From a virus (taxonomy: Duplodnaviria > Caudoviricetes), in IMG/VR virus record IMGVR_UViG_3300038393_001293, positions 1-33,876 of that record: DNA of 33,876 nucleotides; one strand, written 5' to 3'. A model generated the notes under the pieces. It ran no database searches. It was not told where the DNA came from and saw only the letters and a program-made list of their open reading frames with translations. The position numbers were made by a program, and so were the translations under genes. Each line of letters starts with the position of its first letter. The stretch's first letter is position 1. Below are positions 33,866 to 33,876 of the stretch, one piece after another.

Positions 33866-33876
33866 CGTCTGTGGGA

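Larger units (their letters stand above)
1..33876. mobile_element. Temperate podovirus-like phage/prophage (partial genome)
   Basis: Contains terS, terL, portal, scaffold, capsid, tail adaptor/nozzle, ejection proteins, lysis genes, primase-helicase and tyrosine integrase with a tRNA-derived att. No tape measure or sheath gene seen. Confidence 0.95.

Overview
The whole window is a large part of a temperate, GC-rich podovirus-type (short-tailed) phage. The host is probably alphaproteobacterial (inference from gene content). Left to right: (i) a leftward DNA-metabolism operon with a RuvC-like resolvase, a dNMP kinase, a membrane protein and small hypotheticals; (ii) a Prim-Pol primase/AAA helicase followed by an 11-copy TCGGACA iteron-like origin; (iii) a leftward early operon with a two-domain beta-clamp-like protein, a very acidic Ocr-like candidate and three hydrophobic micropeptides, two of which form an 81-bp exact duplication; (iv) terS, then a small island of two candidate sRNAs flanking a micropeptide and a TPR gene; (v) tail fibres, lysis cassette, terL, portal, scaffold, capsid, tail adaptor/nozzle and ejection proteins; (vi) a co-directional XRE-xis-integrase operon ending at the 3' half of tRNA-Glu(TTC) (att core). 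The most notable signals are a phage-wide tandem (A/G)CGACA motif with 9-10 bp period in most predicted promoters and around att, and the sRNA-TPR-sRNA island, whose second RNA has three C-rich anti-Shine-Dalgarno-like loops. Protein calls rest on motifs recognised by eye and on synteny; no database search was run.
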